A stretch of 64,000 nucleotides of DNA from Planctomycetota bacterium (GTDB lineage: Bacteria; Planctomycetota; B15-G4; SIAN01): the NCBI GenBank assembly GCA_031409275.1, contig JANNXA010000033.1:64001-128000 (forward strand), read 5' to 3'. The stretch's first letter is position 1, and every line of letters begins with the position of its first letter. The notes under the pieces are model-generated. The model was not told the DNA's origin. It saw nothing but the letters and a program-made list of their open reading frames with translations, and ran no database searches. Shown here piece by piece: positions 50,908 through 61,012 of the stretch. The position numbers and the translations under genes were made by a program.

Positions 50908-51063
50908 CCGACCGACGCGCTCGCTTGCGTGGCCCTGGCGCCCCGCGGATTGCGCGCTACATTCCCGCCTCGTGATCGCGCTGCCGCGAGTGGCGCGCGT
51001 TCGCAAGTGGTGTCGCCATCGCGCGACGCCGGTGCCTGTGCGAAGCCTGAATCGTCGCCGCGA

Positions 51064-51167
51064 GCTCGCCTTCGAGGCGAGCCATCGGAACGCCGCGTTT
51101 GCGGCGAAGGGAGGCGCTTCGAAAGCGCCGCGGCCCTTCCTCCGACGTCCCGGAACCTCCGGGCGTT
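51064..51167 (+). other. Compact multi-hairpin element in the methyltransferase leader (candidate cis-regulatory RNA)
   Basis: Four adjacent stems visible in the sequence (detailed in findings). Confidence 0.4.
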
Positions 51168-51200
51168 CCCCGACGCAGCCTTTACAGGACTTCACCTTCA

Positions 51201-51995
51201 ATGAGCTCGAACGTCGCAACTGCTTTGTCCGCGGACATCGTTCCCCACTGGTTTGAGACCTTCTTCCACGACATCGCGCTCGATCTGTGGCGCGCGGCCG
51301 CCTCTCCCGAACAGACACGCGCCGAAGTCGACTTCCTCGAGCGGGCGCTGCAGCTGACCCCGGGCGCGCGCGTGCTCGACGTGGCGTGCGGGCTCGGGCG
51401 CCATTCGATCGAGCTGGCGGCGCGCGGCCACCGGCCTCTTGGCGTCGACGTTTCACATGAAGCGCTCGCGCAAGCGCGCAAGGAGACCGCCGCGCGCGGC
51501 CACGTGGCCGAGTTCGTGCAGGGCGATCTGCGCGCGCTGTCGACCTGCTCCGCCGCGGCCGAGCCGTTCGCCGCCGCCTTCGCGCTCGGCAACAGCTTCG
51601 GCTACGTCGATCGCGTCGGCACGCAGGCGTTCCTGGCCGGCGTTGCGCGCTCGCTCCCACCGGGCGCTCGTTTCGTGATGGACAGCGGCTACGTCGCCGA
51701 AGCGCTGCTGCCTCACCTGCGCGACCGCGAGTGGGTCGCGATCGGCGACCTGCTCTTCCTCGAGGAGAACCGCTACGTCCTCGAGCAGGGGTGCGTCGAG
51801 ACGACCTACACCTTCCTGCGCGGCAGTGAACGAGTGACGCGCAAAGGCTGGCAGTGGGTCTTCACCCTGCGCGAGATCGGCGAGTTGCTGGCCGAGGCGG
51901 GCTTTCAGATCGAGCAGCGGTTGCAGTCGATCCACGGCGAGCCGTTCGCATTCGGGGCGCGCTACCTGCTGATCGTGGCGCGCAAGCGGCCGTGA
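51201..51995 (+). CDS. Class I SAM-dependent methyltransferase
   Basis: VLDVACGLGRH motif I, GVDVS, QGDLR, LGNSFGY, LPPGARFVMD; start could be TTG at 51225. Confidence 0.9.
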   Translation: MSSNVATALSADIVPHWFETFFHDIALDLWRAAASPEQTRAEVDFLERALQLTPGARVLDVACGLGRHSIELAARGHRPLGVDVSHEALAQARKETAARGHVAEFVQGDLRALSTCSAAAEPFAAAFALGNSFGYVDRVGTQAFLAGVARSLPPGARFVMDSGYVAEALLPHLRDREWVAIGDLLFLEENRYVLEQGCVETTYTFLRGSERVTRKGWQWVFTLREIGELLAEAGFQIEQRLQSIHGEPFAFGARYLLIVARKRP

Positions 51996-52004
51996 ATCAG
52001 CGGG

Positions 52005-52868
52005 CTACCCCGCGCGCAGCAGCCACGCTCCGACACATGCGCCGATCGGCAGCGCCACCGCCAGCACGAAGGTGCGGCGCGGTGAGCCGCTGCCGGTCGG
52101 CAGCAACGTGCTGCACCACGTGGCGCAGAGCAGCAGCGTGCTGCTGTTGCTGACGTAGCGCGCCGACCAGCAGTAGGCGAGCAGGCTCGCGAAGGCGAGC
52201 GTCGGCGTCGCGATGGCGCTGCGGGGCAGCGTCGCGGCGGGTCGCACCACCGACAGCAGCAGCGTGACCAGCAGCGCGGCGAAGAGCCCACCCGCGGCTC
52301 GTGCGAGCTTGTCGCTCTGGTCAGCGAAGCAGGCGACGGCCGTGGCGCTCGCCAGCACCATCGGCAAGAGCGAGCGCCACGCGGGTTGCGTTGCCGCGCG
52401 CGCTTCGCCGAGCAGCAGGTAGACGATCAGCACCAGGCCGGAGCCGAGGTAGACGACCTGCGCGTCGAGCGGCGACCAGTCGCCGGCGCGACCCGATGGG
52501 CGCACGATCCACCACGCCGTGCCGGCCACCAGCGCGAGGTGGAGCAGGAAGCGCAGCGCTGTCGCGGCTCCATGCGCCTCCTCGAAGAAGAGCAGCAGCA
52601 GCGTGGCCAACGTGAGCCATGCGCTCCACTGCCACCGTTCCGCGGGCGGCAGCATCGGGATGCCACCCAGGACGGTGTAGAGCGCTGCGACGAAGGCGAG
52701 CGCGAGCCCCGTGGCGATCGACCCGCCCCGCACCGAGCCGGTGCCGTCGATGGCGCGCCGAGAGGAGCCGATCGCCCCGATCGTCTGCATCAGCAGCGCC
52801 ACCCCAGCGGCGGCGCCAAGCGTGCGCAACCACTGCTGGACGATCAGGTCTTCGAGCCACTCGAACAT
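52005..52868 (-). CDS. Hypothetical integral membrane protein
   Basis: GAGGAG RBS, ~9-10 hydrophobic segments; directly follows yceI on the same strand. Confidence 0.7.
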   Translation of the reverse strand: MFEWLEDLIVQQWLRTLGAAAGVALLMQTIGAIGSSRRAIDGTGSVRGGSIATGLALAFVAALYTVLGGIPMLPPAERWQWSAWLTLATLLLLFFEEAHGAATALRFLLHLALVAGTAWWIVRPSGRAGDWSPLDAQVVYLGSGLVLIVYLLLGEARAATQPAWRSLLPMVLASATAVACFADQSDKLARAAGGLFAALLVTLLLSVVRPAATLPRSAIATPTLAFASLLAYCWSARYVSNSSTLLLCATWCSTLLPTGSGSPRRTFVLAVALPIGACVGAWLLRAG

Positions 52869-52905
52869 CGGCGCTCCTCGTCCGCGTGCAGCCGCGCGGC
52901 GTCGA

Positions 52906-53538
52906 TCAGCGCTTCTTCGCCTCGATGCTGATGACGACGTCGATGTCGCTGCCGAGCAGGTCGGGGAGGTAGTTCATTCCGAAGTCGGCGCGCTTCACCG
53001 TGAACTTCGCTTCGTAGCCCACCACGGTGCCCCACTGCGCGCCGGTGCTGGTGCCGATGTAATCGGCGATCACCGTCACGTTCTTGGTCACGCCGTGCAT
53101 GGTCAGCGGGCCGGTGATCTCGAACTTCCCGGCCCCCTTGTCGACCACCTTCTCCGACTCGAACTCGATGGTCTTGAACTCCTCGACGTTGAAGAAGTCG
53201 GGGCCGCGCAAGTGCTTGTCGCGGGCGTCCTTCGCCGCGTCCTCGACGCCGGCCTCGTCGTTCGTATCGATGCTCTTCGCGTCGATCTTGAGCGAGATCA
53301 TCGACTCGCTCGGCGTCTCGGCATCGAGGATGAGGCTGCCGCTCACGAGGTTGAAGCGGCCGTAGGAGTTGCTGGCGCCGAGGTGCCGGATTCGGAACAT
53401 CACCGCGGTGTGCACGTTGTCGATGTCGTAACGGCCGGATGCGGCGGGCGTCGCGGCCTGCGTCGAGGTGGCGGGCGGCGGCGGCATGGCAGCGAGCGAG
53501 GCGAGGGCCGTGGCCGCGAGGGCGAGCTTGGCGAGCAT
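52906..53538 (-). CDS. YceI-family periplasmic lipid/polyisoprenoid-binding protein
   Basis: AAGGAG RBS, signal peptide, IDNVHTAVMFRIRHLG, RDKHLRGPDFFNV, LTMHGVTK, RADFGM. Confidence 0.93.
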   Translation of the reverse strand: MLAKLALAATALASLAAMPPPPATSTQAATPAASGRYDIDNVHTAVMFRIRHLGASNSYGRFNLVSGSLILDAETPSESMISLKIDAKSIDTNDEAGVEDAAKDARDKHLRGPDFFNVEEFKTIEFESEKVVDKGAGKFEITGPLTMHGVTKNVTVIADYIGTSTGAQWGTVVGYEAKFTVKRADFGMNYLPDLLGSDIDVVISIEAKKR

Positions 53539-53652
53539 TCGATTCTCCTTCGGTGAGTGGACCGCACGCCGGGTGGATGCGCGACGCGGGATGGTAGCGC
53601 TCGTGTCTCCGCGGCCTTTCGGCTCCACGCCGGCACGGCTAGCGTGCTGTCG

Positions 53653-55374
53653 ATGAGCTCCTCCATCCCGCGCCTCGCGACCGCTCTGGCGCTCCTGTTC
53701 GCCTCCCATGTCGAAGCCGTCGCGCAAGGGGCGCCCGCGGCTCCGCGTCCCGGTCGCGGCAACCGTGCGGGACGTGGCGCGGTCGACTGGACGACCGCAC
53801 GTCAGGCACTGCTCGATGCGACGCCGCCGACCGAGACGCTCTTCTCCGATCTGCTGCAGGCGGTGTTCGAAGAGGCGACGCGTCGCAAGCTGCCGTCGAC
53901 GATGGAGAACCCCGACGCCAACTACTCGCCGGAGTACCTCGCGTTCCGTCAGGAGATGTACGGCGAGCTGCGAGAGCGGCCCGACCTTCGCACGTTCCTG
54001 CGCGGACTTGCGGGGCGAACGCCGAGCGGCGCCTTCGATTTTGTGGGCATCACCGCGGCCCTGATCCTGGCTGATGCTCCCGATGCCGAGGATCTCGACG
54101 CGCTGTTCGCCGGCTATCGCGCGACGCCGCCCGACAGCCGCGCGGGCGTTGCGCGCCAGCTCGGGCGTGCGGCGGGCACGTTGAAGCTCGCCGGACTTGC
54201 GCGCGCCGACGAGGTGATGGCGCAGCTGCGGCAAGACGCCGCGGCGGGGCGTCCAGGGCAGCGCGGCGCGGCCATCGAGGGGCTCTATCGCGCAGGCGCC
54301 ATCGAGGAAGCGCTCGGCGCGATCAAGCCGCTCCTGCTCTCCGAGGCGGACCCGACCGAGTCGGTGCCGTTGCTTGCGGCGTGCTCACGCCTGCTGCGAC
54401 GCACCGACGTCGACCCGTTCCTGCGTGCGCGTGCGGTGGCTGCCGCCAGTTCAGCCATCACGAAGCTGCTCGATTCGGACGAGCCGGTGCAGACGACGCA
54501 GGTGATTTCCGGTCAGGGTCGCACGCTGCGCGCCGCGATCAGCTTCCTGCAGGAGGTCGGCGGCGACGCCGAGTTCGAGCTGATGATGCGCTGCCTCGTC
54601 GAGCCGCGCGGGCCGCGGATGCTGGGCATGGATGGTCTTCAGAACCTGCGCTTCGCGCTGCAAAGCAAACGCGCGACGGTCAGCGCCGAGCTTGGACGGA
54701 AGCTCGATCGCCATTACCTGCAGACGGTGCTGGACGCCGGCAATCGGCTGTTCGCGCTCGAGGAAGAGCCGTTCCAGCCCGACGAGCAGCGCGCCTTCTT
54801 CGAGGCGCGCGACCTGCGCTACAACGCGCTCTCGTACCTGTGCGATCAGTTCCTGCGCGCGCCGGCGGTGAAGGAGCTGCTCGGCAGCGAGCCCGATCTG
54901 CCGGCGCTGCTCGCGACGTTCGTGCGGTCGAAGGAGGAGGTACGCGAAGAGGGCGGCGCCGCTGACGCGCCGTGGCTCGCGATCGCGGAGAAGGTCGAGA
55001 ATCGCGTGCTCGCGCTGCAGCTGCTGGCGCGCGTGCAACGCGAGTGGAACCGTGATCCGGCGGGGCTCGACCTCTTCGCCGAGTCGTATGCGCTGCTGTG
55101 CGTCGAGGTGCAGGCGCCGCTCCTGCCATTCGCCGAGATCGTGGCGTTTCGCCGCGCCCGCGCCCCAGGACTAGTCTTCGAGATCCCGATCGGCCGCGCG
55201 CCGTCCGACCCGTGGGTGAAGGGCGCTTGCTGCCAGGCGATCGCCAACCTCGGGTACATCGTGAGCACCGTTGCCGGCCGTGTCCGCATCGAAGCGGATG
55301 GCGAGAGCCCGTGGCCATGGCCTGACCCGGAGCCCGCGGGTTCCGAGGTCAAGGGCGTGCCAGGGGGCCGTTGA
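53653..55374 (+). CDS. Secreted alpha-helical hypothetical protein
   Basis: Signal peptide, GC3-rich coding pattern, helical HEAT-like composition; no recognised motif. Confidence 0.65.
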   Translation: MSSSIPRLATALALLFASHVEAVAQGAPAAPRPGRGNRAGRGAVDWTTARQALLDATPPTETLFSDLLQAVFEEATRRKLPSTMENPDANYSPEYLAFRQEMYGELRERPDLRTFLRGLAGRTPSGAFDFVGITAALILADAPDAEDLDALFAGYRATPPDSRAGVARQLGRAAGTLKLAGLARADEVMAQLRQDAAAGRPGQRGAAIEGLYRAGAIEEALGAIKPLLLSEADPTESVPLLAACSRLLRRTDVDPFLRARAVAAASSAITKLLDSDEPVQTTQVISGQGRTLRAAISFLQEVGGDAEFELMMRCLVEPRGPRMLGMDGLQNLRFALQSKRATVSAELGRKLDRHYLQTVLDAGNRLFALEEEPFQPDEQRAFFEARDLRYNALSYLCDQFLRAPAVKELLGSEPDLPALLATFVRSKEEVREEGGAADAPWLAIAEKVENRVLALQLLARVQREWNRDPAGLDLFAESYALLCVEVQAPLLPFAEIVAFRRARAPGLVFEIPIGRAPSDPWVKGACCQAIANLGYIVSTVAGRVRIEADGESPWPWPDPEPAGSEVKGVPGGR

Positions 55375-55476
55375 TCGCCCGAAGGCCGTCGACACGCTCG
55401 TCGTCGAGGCGCGTAGCGGCCCGCAAGTTGCAACCCGGCACGAGGCGAGTCGAACTCGCCTTGCGGAGCCGTTTCC

Positions 55477-56835
55477 GTGCCGCAATTCACCTCCCTGCCA
55501 CCGGGCCCGAGGTCGTCGTCGCTGACGCAGCTGCTTCGCTACGTCCCGCACCCCGCGGATTTCCTCGAGGCATGCGCTCGCGATTTCGGCGACCGCTTCA
55601 CTGTCCGCCTCGCCGGATTCGGGACGTTCGTGATGCTGGCGCGGCCGGCGGCGGTGCAGGAGGTGTTCCGCGCCGATCCGTCGCTGCTCCATTCCGGCGA
55701 GGCGAACGCATTCCTCGCGGCCACGGTCGGCTCGCGCTCGGTGCTGGTGCTGGACGAGACGGCGCACGCTGACCAACGCCGGGTCCTCGTGCCGCCGCTG
55801 CACGGATCGCGGATGCACGCTCACGTCGATCGGATGCGCGGGGCCACCGAGGCGTCGCTGCGCCTTTGGCCGCGCGACCGCCCCTTCGCCATCGAGCCGA
55901 GGATGCGCGACATCACGCTGCGCACCATCCTCGAAGTGGTGCTGGGGATCGAGGGGGAAGCGGTCGAGGGCGCTGCCACCCGTCGACTCGAAGCTGATTT
56001 CGTGCGGCTGCTGTCCTATTCGAGGATGCCGTACGCGTTGGTGCTCGCGAAGCTGGCTCCACACCAGTGGCTTAGGAAGCTGCCGTTCCTGCCCTACTAC
56101 CGCGAACTGCGCCGCATCGACGCCGCGCTCCACGACCATGTTCGTCGCCGTCGTGTCGCGATCGCGGATCGTGACAAGAGGGACATCCTCGCCGAACTGC
56201 TGCGCGCGCAGCATGCCGACAGCAGCTCGATCGACGATGCCGAGATCCGCGATGCGTTGATGACCATCCTCGTCGCAGGTCACGACACGACCGCGGTCGC
56301 CCTGGCGTGGATCTTCCAGCAACTCCTCGACCACGAGGAAGTCCTGGCGCGGTTGCGTGCGGAGCTCGATGAAGTGCTCGCCGGCGATCCGGTTCGCGCC
56401 GACCATCTGCCGCGACTCATCTACCTCGACGCCGTGGTACGCGAGTCGTTGCGGCGCCGCACGATCGTTCCATTCGTCACTCGTCGAGTGATGCAGCCGC
56501 TGCGCGTCGATGGCCACGACTACCCCGCGGGCGTCCATCTCTGCCCATGCTCGCTCCTCGTCCACCTCGATCCCGACCTCTATCCGGAGCCGAAGACCTT
56601 TCGCCCCGAACGCTTCCTCGAGCGCAAGTACGGGCCACACGAGTGGTTCCCGTTCGGTGGCGGTGAGCGGCTCTGCACCGGGATGGCCTTCGCGCTGACG
56701 CAGATCAAGGTCGTGCTGGCGACCGTGTGCCGCTCGGTCGAACTTCGCCGCGCTGACGGGGCCGTCTCGCATCCGGTCCGACGCGGGGTGCTCATCGCGC
56801 CGTCGGACGGCGTGCAAGTCGTCGCGCGGCGTTGA
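55477..56835 (+). CDS. Cytochrome P450
   Basis: I-helix AGHDTT, ExxR (ESLR), PERF (FRPERF), haem-thiolate PFGGGERLCTG. Confidence 0.95.
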   Translation: MPQFTSLPPGPRSSSLTQLLRYVPHPADFLEACARDFGDRFTVRLAGFGTFVMLARPAAVQEVFRADPSLLHSGEANAFLAATVGSRSVLVLDETAHADQRRVLVPPLHGSRMHAHVDRMRGATEASLRLWPRDRPFAIEPRMRDITLRTILEVVLGIEGEAVEGAATRRLEADFVRLLSYSRMPYALVLAKLAPHQWLRKLPFLPYYRELRRIDAALHDHVRRRRVAIADRDKRDILAELLRAQHADSSSIDDAEIRDALMTILVAGHDTTAVALAWIFQQLLDHEEVLARLRAELDEVLAGDPVRADHLPRLIYLDAVVRESLRRRTIVPFVTRRVMQPLRVDGHDYPAGVHLCPCSLLVHLDPDLYPEPKTFRPERFLERKYGPHEWFPFGGGERLCTGMAFALTQIKVVLATVCRSVELRRADGAVSHPVRRGVLIAPSDGVQVVARR

Positions 56836-56865
56836 TTGGCTCGGTAACGCCGACGAGTTCGTCGA

Positions 56866-57288
56866 TCAGCCGGGTCCGGTCGCGCCATGCGCCTGCAGGT
56901 ACGCCTCGAAATCCGGGTCACTCGCTCGATCGAGTACGAGGTGCTGCCATTCGGAGCGTTCGAACTCGAGCAGCCGCAAGTACCAGTCGGTCAAGATCTC
57001 TTCGCCGCCGCCCGCGGGCTCCCAACCATGCGGGGCGTCGGGCTTGCCGAGGAAGCCGGCGTGCAGCAACTCGGTCTCGCGCTGCCAGCGATCGATCAGC
57101 ACGTGCGCGTGCGATCGACCTTGGAAGACGACGACGAATCCGGCGCCGTCGACCTCGTTCGCATACGGACGCGAGTGCAATTCGAGGTCGATGAGGTTCG
57201 CAACGGCGCTCATCAGGCGCGGGCGAAGCGCGGGTCCTCCGCCCTGCACTCCGTAGAGCTTGAGCGCCGTATCGCGGACGGTGAGCAT
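56866..57288 (-). CDS. Hypothetical protein (start uncertain)
   Basis: Protein-like frame LKLYGV...GAGFVVV...FERSEWQHLVL...PDFEAYL with GC3-rich codons. Confidence 0.6.
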   Translation of the reverse strand: MLTVRDTALKLYGVQGGGPALRPRLMSAVANLIDLELHSRPYANEVDGAGFVVVFQGRSHAHVLIDRWQRETELLHAGFLGKPDAPHGWEPAGGGEEILTDWYLRLLEFERSEWQHLVLDRASDPDFEAYLQAHGATGPG

Positions 57289-57584
57289 TTGCGTGAAGCG
57301 CGAGAGTTCGGAGCGATCGCCATCACTTTCGGGATCGGAGCGGACGCGGCAACGATCGGCATGGGTTGCCTTCGGAGACGGGCCACGCACGACTTCCCCT
57401 CGCGTGATCCGCAAGCGACGCTGTCGCGGCCGCCCGGCGCCGTTTCGATTCGGGGTGGCCAGCGCGAACGCCGGACTTCCCCTTGGTGCCCGTTCCGAGC
57501 GATTCTCGGTCGCCGTGCTCGCGGCGTTCCCTCATCTGCAGTCGGCGCGCTGTTGCGCTCGGGCGCAGTGACGAGGGCAGACGT

Positions 57585-57926
57585 TCAAGCACCGCCATCG
57601 ACGGGAAAGACGTTCTCCTGCTCGACGCGGGCGATGCGCGTCTTGAAGGCGCGGTACCACTTCGAGCGCCCGGCCTGTTGCGCGATTTGATGCTCGCCGA
57701 CCGCCTTCCAGGCAGCGATCGCGGCGCGGCTGGCCCAATAGGAGACCGTGATGCCAAGCCCCCCTGCGTCGCGGGCACTTTCGATGCCCAGATACCCAGG
57801 CTGGCGAGCGGCGAGCGCGACCATCGCGTCGGCGGTCAGCGCGTAGCCAGCATCGATCTCGGTGCGCAACGAAGTGAAGATCACGGCGTAGTAGGGCGGC
57901 GGAGGGGTTCGGGCGAGTTCGGTCAT
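57585..57926 (-). CDS. Antibiotic biosynthesis monooxygenase (ABM) family protein
   Basis: TPPPPYYAVIFTS, QPGYLGIESAR, GITVSYW, H..AQ..GR..WY; GAGGG RBS. Confidence 0.9.
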   Translation of the reverse strand: MTELARTPPPPYYAVIFTSLRTEIDAGYALTADAMVALAARQPGYLGIESARDAGGLGITVSYWASRAAIAAWKAVGEHQIAQQAGRSKWYRAFKTRIARVEQENVFPVDGGA

Positions 57927-57982
57927 CGGGGTCCCTCGACAAGTGGGCGCACGTGGGGTTGATCTCTCTACCATCCCGAGCC

Positions 57983-58999
57983 GTGGAGCCAACTAGCGAC
58001 GACGAGACGTCCTTCGCGCCGCCGTGGTGGGCCGGCGGAACGCATCGGCAGACGTTGGCTGGGTACGTGCTGCGGCGTGTCCACTGCAACGCCCTGGGCA
58101 CGCGCGAACGATTGGCGACGTCGGACGATGACTTCGTCGTGCTCGAGTGGTTTGCGTTGCGTTCGAGCGCGCCTGGTCGAGTCGTGCCGTTGGTGTTGGC
58201 GCTGCACGGGCTCGAAGGGTCGAGTCGATCGGGCTACATCGTCTCGCTTGCGCGGTCCCTTGCCGCGGTGGGCGTCGAAACCGTCGCGCTCAACTTCCGC
58301 GGTTGCGGCGGCGAGCCGAACCGACTGCCGCGCGCCTATCACGCCGGCGAGACGGGCGACCTCGCCTTCGTGGTCGCCACGCTCGCGGCGCGCTTCCCGG
58401 GTCGGCCGCTCGGGGTCGTCGGCTTCTCGCTCGGCGGCAACGTGCTGCTGCGTTGGCTCGGTGAGGCAGGGGAGGCGGTTCACCCGGCGGTCGTCGCGGC
58501 GGCGGCGGTCTCGGTGCCGTTCGAGCTCGGGGTGGGCGCTGACCACTCGATGAGTGGAGCCGGTCGTCCGTATGCGTTGAGGCTGATCGCCGAACTGCAC
58601 TCGAAGGTGCGCGCGAAGTCGTCGCTGGTGGCAGGTCGAGTCGACGTCGAGCGGGCGCTGCGAGCCGCGACTTTCCGCGAGTTCGACGAAGCGTTCACTG
58701 CGCCGCTGCATGGATTCCGCGACGCCAACGACTACTACGCGCGATCGAGCTCGGGACCTTGGATCGACGGGGTCGCGGTGCCGACGCTGACGATCCACGC
58801 GCTCGACGATCCGTTCCTGCCGCGCGCCGCCGTGCCGCTGGCCGCGCTCCGTGCGAATCGCCGTTTCACCTTGCGGATCAGCGAGCGTGGCGGCCACGTC
58901 GGTTTCGTCGCCGGGACACCGTGGGCGCCGCGTTTCTACGCCGAAGAGACGCTCGCGCGCTTCTTCGCGTCACACTTCGATCGTCGCGGATCCAAGTAG
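57983..58999 (+). CDS. YheT-family alpha/beta hydrolase
   Basis: HRQT, LHGLEGSS, NFRGC, YHAGETGD, nucleophile GFSLGG, FD..FTAPLHGF, DDPF, GGHVGF. Confidence 0.92.
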   Translation: MEPTSDDETSFAPPWWAGGTHRQTLAGYVLRRVHCNALGTRERLATSDDDFVVLEWFALRSSAPGRVVPLVLALHGLEGSSRSGYIVSLARSLAAVGVETVALNFRGCGGEPNRLPRAYHAGETGDLAFVVATLAARFPGRPLGVVGFSLGGNVLLRWLGEAGEAVHPAVVAAAAVSVPFELGVGADHSMSGAGRPYALRLIAELHSKVRAKSSLVAGRVDVERALRAATFREFDEAFTAPLHGFRDANDYYARSSSGPWIDGVAVPTLTIHALDDPFLPRAAVPLAALRANRRFTLRISERGGHVGFVAGTPWAPRFYAEETLARFFASHFDRRGSK

Positions 59000-59014
59000 C
59001 CCGGCGCACACGCA

Positions 59015-59087
59015 AGGTGGCGGGGATCTTTCCACCACCGTTCCCGCACAGTGTGCGGATCAGGTGGCGGAAAAGTCCCCGCCACCT
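59015..59087. repeat. REP-doublet-like long inverted repeat between convergent genes
   Basis: AGGTGGCGGGGATCTTTCCACCACC and GGTGGCGGAAAAGTCCCCGCCACCT are near-perfect reverse complements and each is itself palindromic. Confidence 0.7.
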
Positions 59088-59106
59088 GTTCGGCGGTTGG
59101 GAGGCG

Positions 59107-60690
59107 CTACCAGTCGTCGCTGCGGAAGGGGGAGGCAGGGAGTCCGTCGCGGTTGTAGAGGTTCGCGCCGACGGGGTTCATCGAGAAGGCGTAGCGGACG
59201 GCGACAGGCGCCGGCACGTCGGGCGCAGAGACGACGACGTGCTCGCCGTCGATTCGAGCGTCGGCCCAGTGCCACACCTTGTCGGCTCCGGCGATCGCAA
59301 AGCGGGCGAGCTTGCCGTCGGTCTGTTCCTTCGCGTCGCCGCGCCCCGAACGCTGGCCGGCCATCAGACCGGCACCAACGTGGTCGAAATCGATGACCAG
59401 CAGTGCCCCTTTGGCGACGACCGAGCGAAACAACGGCCCCGACACGACGAGCTGCTTCTGGCCGTAGCAGTCGCGCAACGCCCATCGCGCGAGCCGCTCG
59501 CCGACGACCCGCTTGTCGTGCGGGTGGATGTCGTTCGCATCACCGGCATCGATCGTGACGCACATGCCCGTGCGTGGGATCGAGAGCGACTTCGTCTGTT
59601 CGCATCGGATCCGCGCCCAACCATCCCCGCCCGCAGGTGCCTCGTTGGGTTGCTGCCAGTTGGCGAGCTGCACCGAATAGAACGGCAGCTCCGGCTGGCG
59701 AAACACCTTGCGCCAACCGCCGACCAGGGCGCGCATCTTGTGGAAGTAGCTCTCGCCTTCGTCGCCGTTGCTTTCGCCCTGGTACCAGAGCACTCCTTTG
59801 AGGGCCATCGGCGCCAGCGGTGCCACCTTGGCGAAGTAGATCGAGAAGGGCGTTCGATTGAGGATCGGGAAGCTCGGAGCCGGCGGCGTTGCGGGCGGGA
59901 CGACGCCCTTCGCCATCGCGGTTCGCGCCGCTCGCGCCCACTGCTCGAAGCGGTCGATCTGCGGCACGAGCGCGTTCAGGTCGGCTTGCTGCTCGGCGAG
60001 CTTCGCGGCGCGGAACTCCGCGAGCTCGGTGATGGCGGCGAATCCATCGGGGTCGAGCCATGGCTCGATGTTGGTGCCGCCCCAGGCGACGTTCACCAAC
60101 CCCATCGGTACTGCCACGTCCTGTTGCACGCGCTTGGCGAAGAAGAAGCCGACCGCCGGGAACATGCCCACGGTCTGCGCCGTCGCCGCGAGCCACGGGT
60201 GAGCCACATGCTCGGCCGGCACATCCTCTTGCGGCTCGGTCGCCATGACGTAGCCGAACTTGATGCAACGGATGGTCGCTGCTTCGAGCTTGGAGAGATC
60301 CTCGTCGCAGCCACCGACTCCCCATTCCATGTTCGACTGGCCGCTGCACAACCAGACGTCGCCGACGAGCACGTCGTTCACCGTCACGCTGTTCTTGCCG
60401 GCGACGACCAACGGACGGCCGTCCGCAGAAGCCTGGAAGGCCGGAAGGGTGACCTTCCAAGCGCCTGACTTGGCGGTCGTCGCGCTCGCCTTCGCGCCCG
60501 CGAGCGTGACCTCGACCTTTTCGCCCGCGTCAGCGAAGCCCCAGACCACCAGCGGTTGATCGCGCTGCACGACCATGTGGTCGCCGAAGATTCGCGGCAG
60601 CCGGACGTCGGCCCAAGCGGTGGGAGCGAACAGGGCGAGCGACGCCGTGGTCGCGAGAATTGGCAGCACAGTGAAAGGCCAACGTCGCAT
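59107..60690 (-). CDS. Sialate O-acetylesterase (SASA/SGNH family), secreted
   Basis: Signal peptide, FGDHMVVQR, GDVWLCSGQSNM, WGGT, WYQGESN, DIHP, VRYA, LPASPFRSD. Confidence 0.93.
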   Translation of the reverse strand: MRRWPFTVLPILATTASLALFAPTAWADVRLPRIFGDHMVVQRDQPLVVWGFADAGEKVEVTLAGAKASATTAKSGAWKVTLPAFQASADGRPLVVAGKNSVTVNDVLVGDVWLCSGQSNMEWGVGGCDEDLSKLEAATIRCIKFGYVMATEPQEDVPAEHVAHPWLAATAQTVGMFPAVGFFFAKRVQQDVAVPMGLVNVAWGGTNIEPWLDPDGFAAITELAEFRAAKLAEQQADLNALVPQIDRFEQWARAARTAMAKGVVPPATPPAPSFPILNRTPFSIYFAKVAPLAPMALKGVLWYQGESNGDEGESYFHKMRALVGGWRKVFRQPELPFYSVQLANWQQPNEAPAGGDGWARIRCEQTKSLSIPRTGMCVTIDAGDANDIHPHDKRVVGERLARWALRDCYGQKQLVVSGPLFRSVVAKGALLVIDFDHVGAGLMAGQRSGRGDAKEQTDGKLARFAIAGADKVWHWADARIDGEHVVVSAPDVPAPVAVRYAFSMNPVGANLYNRDGLPASPFRSDDW

Positions 60691-61012
60691 CGGCAGGCTC
60701 CTGATTTCGTGATCCCGAGATCCGCTTCCGAGTTCTTGGCGACCGCCGCGCACGGCCTCGTTGCGCCGCCTCACCCGCTCTTCACGAAGTTGAAGTCGCC
60801 GGGGTGCTTCGCCCTGCACGAAGCTCGCAGGTAGCTTCATTCGCGAGCTTCAGGATCAGGAAGCTAGCGAGCGAGCGGCACCTCCGGCCGCCGAGCATCG
60901 CCGGAGAACGCGCCCGCGGCAGCGGAGCGCCTGGAAAGAGCCGCGGCAGGTCGCGCGGCCTATGCCGTTGCGACCTGCCGCGAGGGATCGATCGTTCGAA
61001 CGTGCCGCCGGC

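Noticed and set aside
55477..58999. Secondary-metabolite cluster (P450, ABM, hydrolase, nearby methyltransferase)
   Set aside because: Mixed orientations, no scaffold synthase, precursor peptide or redox partner
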